In this document: piece after piece, positions 31,528-40,405 of the stretch
Position numbering within the stretch: position 1 is the stretch's first letter
How the letters are laid out: each line of letters opens with the position of its first letter
NCBI GenBank assembly: GCA_947499465.1
Contig: CANMOI010000004.1
Span: forward strand, 14,023 to 78,022
Direction: 5' to 3'
Source: Gemmatimonadales bacterium
GTDB taxonomy: Bacteria; Gemmatimonadota; Gemmatimonadetes; Longimicrobiales; Gaopeijiaceae
Length of the DNA: 64,000 nucleotides
Notes under the pieces: generated by a model
Seen by the model: only the letters and a program-made list of their open reading frames with translations
Database searches by the model: none
What the model was told of the DNA's origin: nothing
Position numbers and translations under genes: made by a program

Positions 31528-32352
31528 GTGGCCAGCTCCGTCGGTGCGGCGCTCGAAGGGGCGCTGAAGCGCGATCGCGCGCTCGTCATCGCCGCGCTCG
31601 GCGTGCTCACGCTCTCCTCCTGGCTCTATCTCTGGTGGCTCGCCTCGGACATGAGCGGTCCGAGCGCCATGGCCGGGATGGCCGGAATGGAGGGGATGAA
31701 GATGGCGGGCCCCCTGGCCGCCCCCGCCTTCGAGCCCTGGTCCGGTGCCGACTTCGGTTTCGCGTTCTCCATGTGGGCTGTGATGATGGTGGGGATGATG
31801 GCCCCCGCGGTGGCCCCTGTGATCCTCATCTACGCCCGCGTCGCCCGTCAGGCTTCGGAGCAAGGCCAGCCGTTCGCCGCGGCCGCGTGGTTCGCTGCTG
31901 GATACTTCATCGTGTGGTTCGCGTTCTCGCTGATCGCGACGCTGATGCAGTGGCTGCTCGAGCGCGCCGTCGTGCTGACCCCGATGCTGGCGAGCAACAG
32001 CGACCGGGTCGGCGGGCTGATCCTCGTCGCCGCCGGCGTCTATCAGTGGACGCCCCTCAAGAACGCCTGTCTCGCGGCGTGCCAATCGCCCTTCGCGTTC
32101 ATCCAGCGGTACGGCGGATTCCAGGGCGAGCCGCTGGCGTTGCTGAAGCTTGGAGCTCGACACGGCGCTTACTGCCTGGGGTGCTGCTGGGCGTTGATGG
32201 CGCTGCTCTTCGTCGGGGGCGTCATGAACCTGCTGTGGATCGCGGTCATCTCCCTGGTAGTGCTGCTGGAAAAGGCGGCCCTGCGCGGGGTGTGGCTTTC
32301 GCGGGTCGTCGGCGGAGTGGCGGTGCTGGCGGGAGTGTGGCTACTGGCGTAG
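31528..32352 (+). CDS. DUF2182 putative metal-binding membrane protein
   Basis: MWAVMMVGMM, YQWTPLKNACL, YCLGCCWALM, GVMNL. Confidence 0.88.
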   Translation: MASSVGAALEGALKRDRALVIAALGVLTLSSWLYLWWLASDMSGPSAMAGMAGMEGMKMAGPLAAPAFEPWSGADFGFAFSMWAVMMVGMMAPAVAPVILIYARVARQASEQGQPFAAAAWFAAGYFIVWFAFSLIATLMQWLLERAVVLTPMLASNSDRVGGLILVAAGVYQWTPLKNACLAACQSPFAFIQRYGGFQGEPLALLKLGARHGAYCLGCCWALMALLFVGGVMNLLWIAVISLVVLLEKAALRGVWLSRVVGGVAVLAGVWLLA

Positions 32353-32493
32353 CGCGGCCGGTCCTCTGCGATCCTCCGTCCTACTCGTCCACGTCCACCC
32401 GGAGCATCGCCCCGATCCGCCCGGGCCCCTGCACATCGCTCGGTGCGACGATACGTTCCTGCAACCCACCGCAACGCCGAATACGCACAGGTC

Positions 32494-32751
32494 ATGCAAT
32501 CGACCGATAGGGACCTCCTCCAGTCTGGTGACGGCTCCTGTCAGTGTGGCTGGACCGATCCGCGAAACGGGATCAACTGGCACGTCCGGTTCACGGGCGA
32601 GTTTCCGCACGGTCTCGTCATCGCGTTCGGGCGCCCGGCCGAGTCGCGCGAGTACACCTTGAAGAACGCGTTCGGGCGGTGCTGCGATCGGCTCGAGGAC
32701 CACGAGCTCGCGGAGGTCCTGGATCTCGCGATCGATGCGGCGAAGTCCTGA
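32494..32751 (+). CDS. Small Cys-containing hypothetical protein
   Basis: 85-aa ORF with CQC and CC; codon usage plausible. Confidence 0.5.
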   Translation: MQSTDRDLLQSGDGSCQCGWTDPRNGINWHVRFTGEFPHGLVIAFGRPAESREYTLKNAFGRCCDRLEDHELAEVLDLAIDAAKS

Positions 32752-32811
32752 CGCTCCATCGCCACGCGGCGTTGCCGTGCTTCTCACTCCCCCCCCGAAG
32801 GAGCAGTCCTG

Positions 32812-33924
32812 ATGAGTCACACCCGCTGGACCCTGCCGGCGCTCGCCACCGTGCTGTGCGCCACCGTGCTCGTGGTCCCGGTGGCCGGGCAGGAGAAGGG
32901 GGGCACCGACGACACCGGCCCCTACAGCGTCGTGCCCGGCTGGCTCAAGCCGGTCAAGGAAGGCTTCATCGAGAAGGGCGTCGCGGTGTTCGCGGAGAGC
33001 CCCGACCGCATTCTCATCGCGACCAGCGTCGAGTTTCCGGTCCCGACCCGCCCCTCCGGTCCCGGTTTCGCGGCGCCCGAGGGCTCGACCAACCGCGCTC
33101 TGATCACCGTCGTGGATCGGAACGGCAACGTGAAAGACGTCTGGACGCAGTGGGAGGGGCTCATGAATATGCCCCACTACGTGACGGAGAGCCCGTACGA
33201 TCCCGAGAAGGCGGTCTGGGTCATCTCCCGTGAGACCGACCAGATCTTCAAGTTCTCGAACGACGGCAAGCAGCTCCTCATGACGCTGGGCGTCGCGCGG
33301 AGCCTCATGCCCAAGAACGTGAACGGCCAGCCCACCACGCTCAGCGATGCGACCCACTTCGGCCGCCCGGCGAGCATGGCGTTCCTCCCCGACGGGTCGT
33401 TCTACGTGGCCGACGGCTACACGAACCGCCGCGTGGTGAAGTTCGACAAGAACGGGAAGTTCCTGATGGAGTGGGGCCGCGCAGGAACCGGCCCGGGCGA
33501 GTTCGCCGCGGTGGGCGAGGTGCACTCGATCGCGATCGACGCCGAGCGCCGCATCTACGTGGGTGACCGCGGCAACAAGCGGGTCCAGATCTTCGACGAG
33601 AACGGGAAGTATCTCGACGAGTGGGACAACATCCAGGGCCCGAGCGACCTCCACGCCACGGCGGACGGCTCCATCTGGGTCGTGTCCGGTGTCGGCAACC
33701 GTCTCGTCAAGTTCGACGCGAAGACGGGCGAGCGGAAAACCTATTGGGGCATGTACGGCACGCAGCCCGGCATGTTCGACAACCCGCACTTCATGAGCGT
33801 GGACTCGGAGGGCAACCTCTACGTCGCGATCTTCACGAATCAGCAGGTGGGGATCGAGAAGTACGTGCCTAGGCCGAACGCGGACAAGAGCCGGCTGATC
33901 GGACCGGACGTGAGGCTGAAGTAG
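32812..33924 (+). CDS. Secreted NHL-repeat beta-propeller (PAL-like)
   Basis: Signal peptide; FYVADGYTNRRVVKFD and YVGDRGNKRVQIFD repeats. Confidence 0.85.
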   Translation: MSHTRWTLPALATVLCATVLVVPVAGQEKGGTDDTGPYSVVPGWLKPVKEGFIEKGVAVFAESPDRILIATSVEFPVPTRPSGPGFAAPEGSTNRALITVVDRNGNVKDVWTQWEGLMNMPHYVTESPYDPEKAVWVISRETDQIFKFSNDGKQLLMTLGVARSLMPKNVNGQPTTLSDATHFGRPASMAFLPDGSFYVADGYTNRRVVKFDKNGKFLMEWGRAGTGPGEFAAVGEVHSIAIDAERRIYVGDRGNKRVQIFDENGKYLDEWDNIQGPSDLHATADGSIWVVSGVGNRLVKFDAKTGERKTYWGMYGTQPGMFDNPHFMSVDSEGNLYVAIFTNQQVGIEKYVPRPNADKSRLIGPDVRLK

Positions 33925-33934
33925 TCAGTAGGCG

Positions 33935-33983
33935 AAAAAAGAGAGCCGGCCCTCGAAGCACAGGGGGCCGGCTCTCCGATTTT
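33935..33983. terminator. Bidirectional terminator
   Basis: A6-gagagccggccc/gggccggctctc followed by a T run. Confidence 0.75.
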
Positions 33984-33994
33984 GGTCAGATCGC

Positions 33995-34695
33995 TCAGCG
34001 CACGTAGAACCGATACTCCCCCGTCGCCTGCGTGGCTTCCCCGAACGGCACCGACGTGGAGCCTCGGACGCGCACTCGATAGGTGCCGGCCGAAAGGGTC
34101 TGCGTGACCTTGCTCACCCGCGGGAACCGCGTAGTCGATGAGACGCTGACGCAATTGGGCCGCGGTCAGCGTCGGCTCCTTCGCGAGGATGAGCGCCGCC
34201 ACGCCGGAGACGTGCGGGGCCGCCATGGAAGTGCCCTGGTAGTAGTCCCAGGTCTCGGAGTTGTCGCCGAAGTCCCACAGCGTCGAGAGGATCTGGTGCG
34301 TGTAACCACCCGCGCCGTTGCCCCCCGGTGCCGCGATGTCCACGGTCGAGCCCCAGCTCGAGAAGCTCGCGATGCCCCCGGTGGGCCCGACCGCGGACAC
34401 GCTCAGTACCTCGGGGAAGGCCGCCGGATAGTTCGGCTCGTTGCCGCCGTCGTTGCCCGCGGCCGCGATCAGGAGCGAGCCCGCGGCGCTCGCCGCCTGC
34501 ACCGCCGCAGTCAGCACAGCGGACGCCGGTCCAGGGCCGCCGAGACTCAGGTTGATGATCTGCGCGCGCGAGGGCGCGGTGACCGTCCCGCCCGCGCCGT
34601 ACGAGTGCGTCGCGCGGATCCCGTCGTCCACGATGTCCGCCTTCGGTTGCTGCCCAAGGCCCGGACCGGTACCCTGGCGGGGCCCCCCGGTGTAG
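33995..34695 (-). pseudogene. S8 (subtilisin) peptidase remnant joined out of frame to a PPC-like C-terminus
   Basis: IINLSLGG, AAAGND, DIAAPG and GTSMAAPHVSG present; catalytic Asp/His region absent; separate frame reads TLSAGTYRVRVRG...GEYRFYVR*. Confidence 0.75.
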
Positions 34696-34731
34696 AGCAG
34701 TTGGCTCCAGACCCGCACCCGGAAGACGACC

Positions 34732-37011
34732 ATGAAGAACCGCCTCGGAAGCCTGCTCGCCCTCACCGCCCTCGCGGCGATCCTCGTGGCTGGCGCGGCC
34801 GTCGCGCCGCTGTCCGCGCAGCAGCCCGCGAAGCAGAAATTCGCGAGCATGGAGGAGGCCCTGATCACTGCCGGCATCCTGCGCGGCCGCACCGGTCCGG
34901 CGAGCGTGAAATGGATCGACGGCGGGCTCCGCTTCTCGTATACGCTCACGAATCCGACCTCCCGCCAGGAGGAGATCCGGCGCTACGACCCGGCCACGCT
35001 CAAGGACGACGTCCTTTTCCAGGCGCGTGACCTCAAGCTGCCCGGCACCGCGCAGCCGCTCGCATACGAGTCGTTCCAGTGGGCCATGGATTCGCGCAAC
35101 CTCGTCTTCCAGACCGACTTCCGTCCCATCTACCGGAACTCGGGGGTCTCGGACTTCTACGTCTACCCGCTGGCCGACAAGAGCATCAAGCTGGCTGCGG
35201 ACGATGCGCGCACCGCGGAGCTCTCGCCCGACGGGACCAGGCTCGGATACGAGCGAGGCGGCGATCTGTTCTCGTACGACTTGAGCACCGCGCAGGAGCG
35301 TCGGCTCACCACGGGTGGCAGCGACTCGATCTTCGCAGGTGTCTTCGACTGGGTCTACGAGGAGGAGTTCGGGCAGACGCAGGCGTGGCGCTGGTCGCCC
35401 GACAGCCGGAAGGTCGCGTTCTGGCAGACCGACGAGCGCGGCGTGCCGACGATCCAGATCACGGACTACGAGGGGAAGCATCCCGAGTGGGTGAGCATCG
35501 CCTACCCCAAGGTCGGCGATCACAATCCCACCGTGCGCATCGGTGTCGCGGACGTGAACGGCGGCGAGCCTCGCTGGCTGGATGTCGGCGAGTCCGGGGA
35601 GTTCTACGTTCCCCGCATCTACTGGACCGCCCTCAAGGACACGCTCGCCGTCACCACGCTCAACCGCACCCAGAACGACTTCAAGGTCTACCTGTTCGAC
35701 GTGAACACGGGCGGCAAGAGGCTGCTGTTCGAGGAGAAGTCGAACGCCTGGATCGACGTGTTCGATTTCTTCGCCGACATCCAGGACTACCTCTATTTCC
35801 CCGAGGGTACGCGCGACGTCCTCTGGATCTCGGACCGCGACGGGCGGCAGCACGTCTACCGCTACGACTACACCGGGAAGCTCGTCAATCAGGTGACCCA
35901 GGGCCCGTGGGTCGTGACGCGCGTCGAGGGCGTCGATCCGCAGTCGAAGACGATCTACTACACGTCCACCGAGGCCTCGCCACTGGAGCGGCAGCTCTAC
36001 TCGATCAAGTTCGACGGAACCGGCAAGAAGCGGCTGACCCAGAGCCGCGGCCACCACTCGGTCGACATGTCGCCGAACGGAAAGTTCTACATCGATAGAT
36101 GGTCGAACGTGGAGCAGCCCACGCAGGTCGAGCTCTGGTCCTCGGCGGGGAAGAAGCTCGCCACGCTCGAGGACAACGGTCCGACCACGCAGTGGCTCCA
36201 GACCCACGCGTACTCGCCGCTGGAGCCCTTCCGCTTCACCACCGCGGACGGCGTCCAGCTCGACGGCTCGATGATCAAGCCGCCCGATTTCAATCCTGCG
36301 CAGCAGTATCCCGTTCTGATCTCGATCTACGGCGGACCCGGGTCGCAGCAGGTGTACGACGAATTCGAGAGCGACGGATACAACCAGTATCTCGCGCAGC
36401 AGGGCTACATCGTGGTCGGCCTGAACAACCGCGGCTCGGGGAACTACGGCCGCGACTTCATGGAGATCGTCTACCAGCGCCTGGGCGAATGGGAGAGCCA
36501 CGACTTCGCCGAGGTCGCCAGGTACCTGGGCTCCCAGCCGTACGTGGACAAGGCGCGGATCGGCATCCAGGGCACCAGCTACGGCGGATACAGCACCATC
36601 TACACGATGCTGCGCTATCCCGAGCTGTTCGCGCTCGGCATCGCGAACTCGCCGGTGACCGACTGGAGGCTGTACGACACGATCTATACGGAGCGCTACA
36701 TGGGCCTGCTCTCGGCCAACGAGAAGGGATACGACGGCAGCTCGACGATCCCGCTGGCCAAACGGCTCCAGGGGCATCTCCTGCTCATCCATTCCGCCAT
36801 GGACGAGAACGTCCATGCCCAAAACACCTTCCAGCTCCTGACCGCGCTCACCACGGCGGGCAAGGACGCCGATTTCCGGTTCTATCCTCCCGGGGCCCAC
36901 GGGGCCGCCTTCGACCGGAACAGCTTCATCACGATGAACGAGGTCTACGAGAACACCCTGTGCGAGTATCTCGCGAAGACCTGCGCTCCGAAGGACCTGA
37001 ACAAGCCCTGA
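34732..37011 (+). CDS. S9B dipeptidyl peptidase IV family
   Basis: DWVYEEEF, YPKVG, YGGPGSQ, GTSYGG, DENVH. Confidence 0.93.
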   Translation: MKNRLGSLLALTALAAILVAGAAVAPLSAQQPAKQKFASMEEALITAGILRGRTGPASVKWIDGGLRFSYTLTNPTSRQEEIRRYDPATLKDDVLFQARDLKLPGTAQPLAYESFQWAMDSRNLVFQTDFRPIYRNSGVSDFYVYPLADKSIKLAADDARTAELSPDGTRLGYERGGDLFSYDLSTAQERRLTTGGSDSIFAGVFDWVYEEEFGQTQAWRWSPDSRKVAFWQTDERGVPTIQITDYEGKHPEWVSIAYPKVGDHNPTVRIGVADVNGGEPRWLDVGESGEFYVPRIYWTALKDTLAVTTLNRTQNDFKVYLFDVNTGGKRLLFEEKSNAWIDVFDFFADIQDYLYFPEGTRDVLWISDRDGRQHVYRYDYTGKLVNQVTQGPWVVTRVEGVDPQSKTIYYTSTEASPLERQLYSIKFDGTGKKRLTQSRGHHSVDMSPNGKFYIDRWSNVEQPTQVELWSSAGKKLATLEDNGPTTQWLQTHAYSPLEPFRFTTADGVQLDGSMIKPPDFNPAQQYPVLISIYGGPGSQQVYDEFESDGYNQYLAQQGYIVVGLNNRGSGNYGRDFMEIVYQRLGEWESHDFAEVARYLGSQPYVDKARIGIQGTSYGGYSTIYTMLRYPELFALGIANSPVTDWRLYDTIYTERYMGLLSANEKGYDGSSTIPLAKRLQGHLLLIHSAMDENVHAQNTFQLLTALTTAGKDADFRFYPPGAHGAAFDRNSFITMNEVYENTLCEYLAKTCAPKDLNKP

Positions 37012-37092
37012 CCTGCCATTTTTGCGAGCCCCGGAGGGAGGACAGCGCCCTCGAGAGCTCCCCGGTCCCTTTCCAGGGGTGCCCCGCCTCCC

Positions 37093-37121
37093 TTGCTCCC
37101 TTCCGGAGCCAGGGTTAGTTT
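37093..37121 (+). promoter_or_regulatory. sigma70-like promoter for the tRNA-Tyr operon
   Basis: TTGCTC-N17-TAGTTT. Confidence 0.5.
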
Positions 37122-37140
37122 GCAAAGCTCATTTCTGGAC

Positions 37141-37163
37141 AAGGCCTGAGAAGGCCTTTTTTG
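37141..37163 (+). terminator. Terminator/attenuator-like hairpin upstream of tRNA-Tyr
   Basis: AAGGCCT-GAGA-AGGCCTT followed by TTTT. Confidence 0.5.
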
Positions 37164-37197
37164 TCGTTGTCGTGAGTGGAGGCCAAGAGGTGTTCGG

Positions 37198-37280
37198 GGT
37201 GGGATACCGAAGCGGCCAACCGGGGCAGACTGTAAATCTGCTGGCTTATGCCTACGAAGGTTCGAATCCTTCTCCCACCA
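37198..37280 (+). tRNA. tRNA-Tyr(GTA)
   Basis: GGTGGGA/TCCCACC acceptor, GCAGA-CT-GTA-AA-TCTGC, long variable arm. Confidence 0.97.
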
Positions 37281-37309
37281 CTTGGGTCAGACCGGTGCGG
37301 GGGATTTTC

Positions 37310-37383
37310 GCGGGAGTAGCTCAGTTGGCTAGAGCATCAGCCTTCCAAGCTGAGGGTCGCGGGTTCGAATCCCGTCTCCCGCT
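37310..37383 (+). tRNA. tRNA-Gly(TCC)
   Basis: GCGGGAG/CTCCCGC acceptor, TCAGC-CT-TCC-AA-GCTGA. Confidence 0.97.
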
Positions 37384-37420
37384 CTGAGTAGAGAGTTTGA
37401 GACCAGGAAGGCAGGAAGCA

Positions 37421-37610
37421 GGGCAGCTGAGCGGTCGGGGTTTGAGCGAGCAGGGGTATGGTCGATCGGGCAGCATGATCGACCGATGCGCTCAAATCAG
37501 TCTGAGCCAAGGAAGGCGAGTATCGCGACTGAGGCGTACCTGAAAAGGTACGCCGCAAGGAGCGACACGGAGCCTAACGCCGGATCAGGCTGATTTCAGC
37601 GTCATCGCCC
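37421..37610 (+). ncRNA. Candidate structured RNA in the tRNA spacer
   Basis: Several nested 8-12 bp helices; no family recognised. Confidence 0.35.
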
Positions 37611-37682
37611 GCTCTGATAGCTCAGCGGTAGAGCGCTTCCTTGGTAAGGAAGAGGTCCCGGGTTCAATCCCCGGTCAGAGCT
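37611..37682 (+). tRNA. tRNA-Thr(GGT)
   Basis: GCTCTGA/TCAGAGC acceptor, CTTCC-TT-GGT-AA-GGAAG. Confidence 0.96.
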
Positions 37683-37718
37683 TTTGTCAGCGGATTTTTT
37701 CGAGATCGGGAGATCGCG

Positions 37719-37868
37719 ATGAGGGACAAGATCACGCTCGCATGCGGCACGTGCGAAGAGCGGAATTACGCGACGGACAAGAACAAGCGACTCCACCCCG
37801 AGCGGGTGGAGCGGAAGAAGTATTGCCCGCGCTGCCGGAAGCATACGGCGCACAAGGAGACCAAGTAG
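37719..37868 (+). CDS. rpmG: 50S ribosomal protein L33 (Zn-binding C+ type)
   Basis: [13 protein letters not shown]...KKYCPRC..HKETK. Confidence 0.96.
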   Translation: MRDKITLACGTCEERNYATDKNKRLHPERVERKKYCPRCRKHTAHKETK

Positions 37869-37871
37869 GCG

Positions 37872-38102
37872 ATGGCCGAAGTCTCCGTCGTCTCGAAGGG
37901 TAATCTGGTCTCGAGCAGCAAGCTGTTCGTCCAGGAATGCGTCGCCGAGCTCAAGAAAGTCACTTGGCCCGACTCCGAGCAGCTGCGCAGTGCCACCCTG
38001 GTGGTGCTCCTCTTCGTCATCGGGATCAGCATCGTGATCTGGCTCATGGACGTCGCAGTGAGGTCCATCGTGAACGCGACCATGGGGATCTTCGGCGCCT
38101 GA
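37872..38102 (+). CDS. secE: Preprotein translocase subunit SecE
   Basis: ELKKVTWP plus a single TM segment. Confidence 0.95.
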   Translation: MAEVSVVSKGNLVSSSKLFVQECVAELKKVTWPDSEQLRSATLVVLLFVIGISIVIWLMDVAVRSIVNATMGIFGA

Positions 38103-38653
38103 TGTCCGTCGGCAAGCGTTGGTACGCGATCCAGAGCTACTCGGGCCACGAGAACAAGGTTCAAAAGCTCATCCTCCGGAAGATCGAGGACGAGCCGGGA
38201 GACACGCCCGAGGCGAAGCAGATCTCGGCCGTGCTGGTCCCGACGCAGGATGTGATGGAGATCCGCAACGGGAAGCGGGTCACGGTGACGCGGCGGCTGT
38301 ACCCCGGTTACGTGCTGGTGCAGATGATCCTGAACGAGCGCACCGTGCACGTGATCAACAACATCCAGGGCGTGATCAAGTTCGTCGGGACGGGCCAGGA
38401 TCCTAAGCCCCTCCGCGACGAGGAGATCAACAAGATCCTGGGAGTCACGACGGGGGAGGACGAAGAAGATACTCGCGAGGAGATCCCGTTCCACATCGGT
38501 CAGGTGGTCGAGATCACCCAGGGTCCCTTCACCGACTTCTCAGGGAGGGTGCAGGAAGTGTTCTCGGAAAAGGGAAAAGTGAAGGTCGAGGTCAGCCTGT
38601 TCGGGCGCCCGACCTCCGTCGAGCTGGACTACACGCAGTTGAAGGGGTTCTGA
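38102..38653 (+). CDS. nusG: Transcription termination/antitermination factor NusG
   Basis: WYAIQSYSGHE, YPGYVLV, KOW motif GPFTDFSG, FGRPT. Confidence 0.97.
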   Translation: MSVGKRWYAIQSYSGHENKVQKLILRKIEDEPGDTPEAKQISAVLVPTQDVMEIRNGKRVTVTRRLYPGYVLVQMILNERTVHVINNIQGVIKFVGTGQDPKPLRDEEINKILGVTTGEDEEDTREEIPFHIGQVVEITQGPFTDFSGRVQEVFSEKGKVKVEVSLFGRPTSVELDYTQLKGF

Positions 38654-38656
38654 GCC

Positions 38657-39079
38657 ATGAAGAAAGTCGTCGGATTCGTGAAGCTCCATGTGCCGGGTGG
38701 GCAGGCCAACCCCGCGCCCCCGGTCGGACCCGCGCTGGGACAGCACGGCGTCAACATCATGGAGTTCTGCAAGCAGTTCAATTCGCGCACGCAGGGTCAG
38801 ATCGGCCTCACGATCCCCTGCGAGATCACCGTCTACGGTGACCGGTCGTTCACGTTCATCACCAAGACGCCGCCCGCCGCCGTCCTGATCCGGAAGGCCA
38901 TCGGGCTCGAGAAGGGCTCGGGCGTTCCAAACAAGGACAAGGTCGGCAAGCTCACGCAGAAGCAGGTGCGCGAGATCGCCACGGCGAAGCTGCCCGACCT
39001 GAACACGAAGAACATCGACTCGGCGATGAAGCAGGTCGCCGGCACCGCCCGCAGCATGGGAGTGGAAGTCGAGAAGTAG
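38657..39079 (+). CDS. rplK: 50S ribosomal protein L11
   Basis: [24 protein letters not shown]. Confidence 0.98.
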   Translation: MKKVVGFVKLHVPGGQANPAPPVGPALGQHGVNIMEFCKQFNSRTQGQIGLTIPCEITVYGDRSFTFITKTPPAAVLIRKAIGLEKGSGVPNKDKVGKLTQKQVREIATAKLPDLNTKNIDSAMKQVAGTARSMGVEVEK

Positions 39080-39112
39080 GAGCAGTCGCAGTACCCGCAG
39101 TACCTAACTGAT

Positions 39113-39165
39113 GTGAGTCCGTTGAACCACCGCGTTGCGAGCCGCCACCGGTGGGAGGACGATAC
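39113..39165 (+). promoter_or_regulatory. uL1-binding autoregulatory element with swapped strand order
   Basis: GUCC-GUUGA-ACCAC ... GUGG-GA-GGAC directly upstream of rplA. Confidence 0.6.
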
Positions 39166-39182
39166 GAGTCGGCTCGGAAAGC

Positions 39183-39884
39183 ATGCCAAGACACGGCCGC
39201 AAGTTCCGCGAGGCACGCGAAAAGGTGCCCGCGGGGGCCAAGTTCGCGCCTGATGAAGCGGTTTCGCTCGTCAAGCAGCTGAGCTTTGCCAAATTCGACG
39301 AGACCGTCGAGGTCGCCACGCGCCTGAGCGTGGATCCCCGCAAGGCGGACCAGATCGTCCGCGGCACCGTCGTGCTCCCTCACGGGACCGGTAAGACGGT
39401 GCGCGTCTATGTTGCCGCGCAGGGAGAAAAGGAAAACGAGGCGCGCGAAGCCGGCGCCGATTTCGTCGGCCTCGACCTGCTCGCGAAGATCGCGGAGGGC
39501 TGGCTCGACTTCGACGTCATGGTCGCCACGCCGGACGTGATGGGTAAGGTCGGTCCGCTCGGTCGCGTGCTCGGCCCCCGCGGCCTGATGCCTACCCCGA
39601 AGGCGGGCACGGTGACCTTCGACGTGGCCAAGGCGGTCAAGGACATCAAGGGCGGCAAGATCGAGTTCCGCGTCGACAAGACCGGAAACGTGCACGCTCC
39701 GATCGGACGGATCTCGTTCTCGCCCGAGCAGCTCTCGGCGAACCTGGGCGCGTTCATGGACCAGATCGTGCGTGCGCGGCCCGCGGCGGCGAAGGGCGGC
39801 TACATCAAGAGCGTGACGATCTCGAGCACGATGGGGCCGGGCGTGTCGATCGACGTCAACTCGTACCGCCGGAGCACCACATGA
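39183..39884 (+). CDS. rplA: 50S ribosomal protein L1
   Basis: [28 protein letters not shown]. Confidence 0.98.
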   Translation: MPRHGRKFREAREKVPAGAKFAPDEAVSLVKQLSFAKFDETVEVATRLSVDPRKADQIVRGTVVLPHGTGKTVRVYVAAQGEKENEAREAGADFVGLDLLAKIAEGWLDFDVMVATPDVMGKVGPLGRVLGPRGLMPTPKAGTVTFDVAKAVKDIKGGKIEFRVDKTGNVHAPIGRISFSPEQLSANLGAFMDQIVRARPAAAKGGYIKSVTISSTMGPGVSIDVNSYRRSTT

Positions 39885-40405
39885 AGAAGACCGAGAAGGA
39901 AGTCTTCGTCACCGCATTCCGGGAGCGCCTCGGGAGGAGTCAGGTGTTCTATCTGACCGACTTCACCGGGCTCGACGTGAGGTCGCTCTCGAAGCTGCGG
40001 CAGAGCCTGCGCGATTCGGGTGCCGAGTACGTGGTGGGGAAGAACCGCCTGATCCAGCTCGCGCTCAAGGAGTCCGATCAGCCCGACCTGGGCGACGCGC
40101 TCAACGGGCCGACCGGGGTCGTGTTCGGGTTCGCCGACGTGGTCGGCCCCGCGAAGGTCCTGACCGACTTCGCGAAGGACAACCAGGACCGCCCGGTGTT
40201 CAAGCTGGGCGTGCTCGACAAGAAGGTGATCCAGCCGACGCAGATCGGTCAGCTGGCGAAGCTGCCTCCCCGCGAGGTGCTGCTGGCGCAGCTCGCAGGC
40301 GCGCTCCAGGCGCCGCTGGCGACCATGGCGGGGGTGCTCGAGGCGAAGCTCCAGGAGATGTCCGGTCTTCTGGATGCTCTTAAGGAGAAGCGCGGAAGCG
40401 CTTGA
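39881..40405 (+). CDS. rplJ: 50S ribosomal protein L10
   Basis: [20 protein letters not shown]. Confidence 0.95.
   Translation: MKKTEKEVFVTAFRERLGRSQVFYLTDFTGLDVRSLSKLRQSLRDSGAEYVVGKNRLIQLALKESDQPDLGDALNGPTGVVFGFADVVGPAKVLTDFAKDNQDRPVFKLGVLDKKVIQPTQIGQLAKLPPREVLLAQLAGALQAPLATMAGVLEAKLQEMSGLLDALKEKRGSA

Noticed and set aside
34114..37125. 1003-aa minus-strand ORF and similar long antisense ORFs over rpoB, rpoC, pgi and katG
   Set aside because: Shadow ORFs opposite clearly identified genes, with no motifs of their own
29468..37197. Integrative element or prophage at tRNA-Thr
   Set aside because: No integrase, transposase, phage genes or duplicated att sequence seen
37400..37430. CAGG...GGAAGCAG resembling SRP RNA domain IV
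   Set aside because: It lacks the CAGGUCC-GGAA-GGAAGCAG hairpin geometry and the flanking long helix
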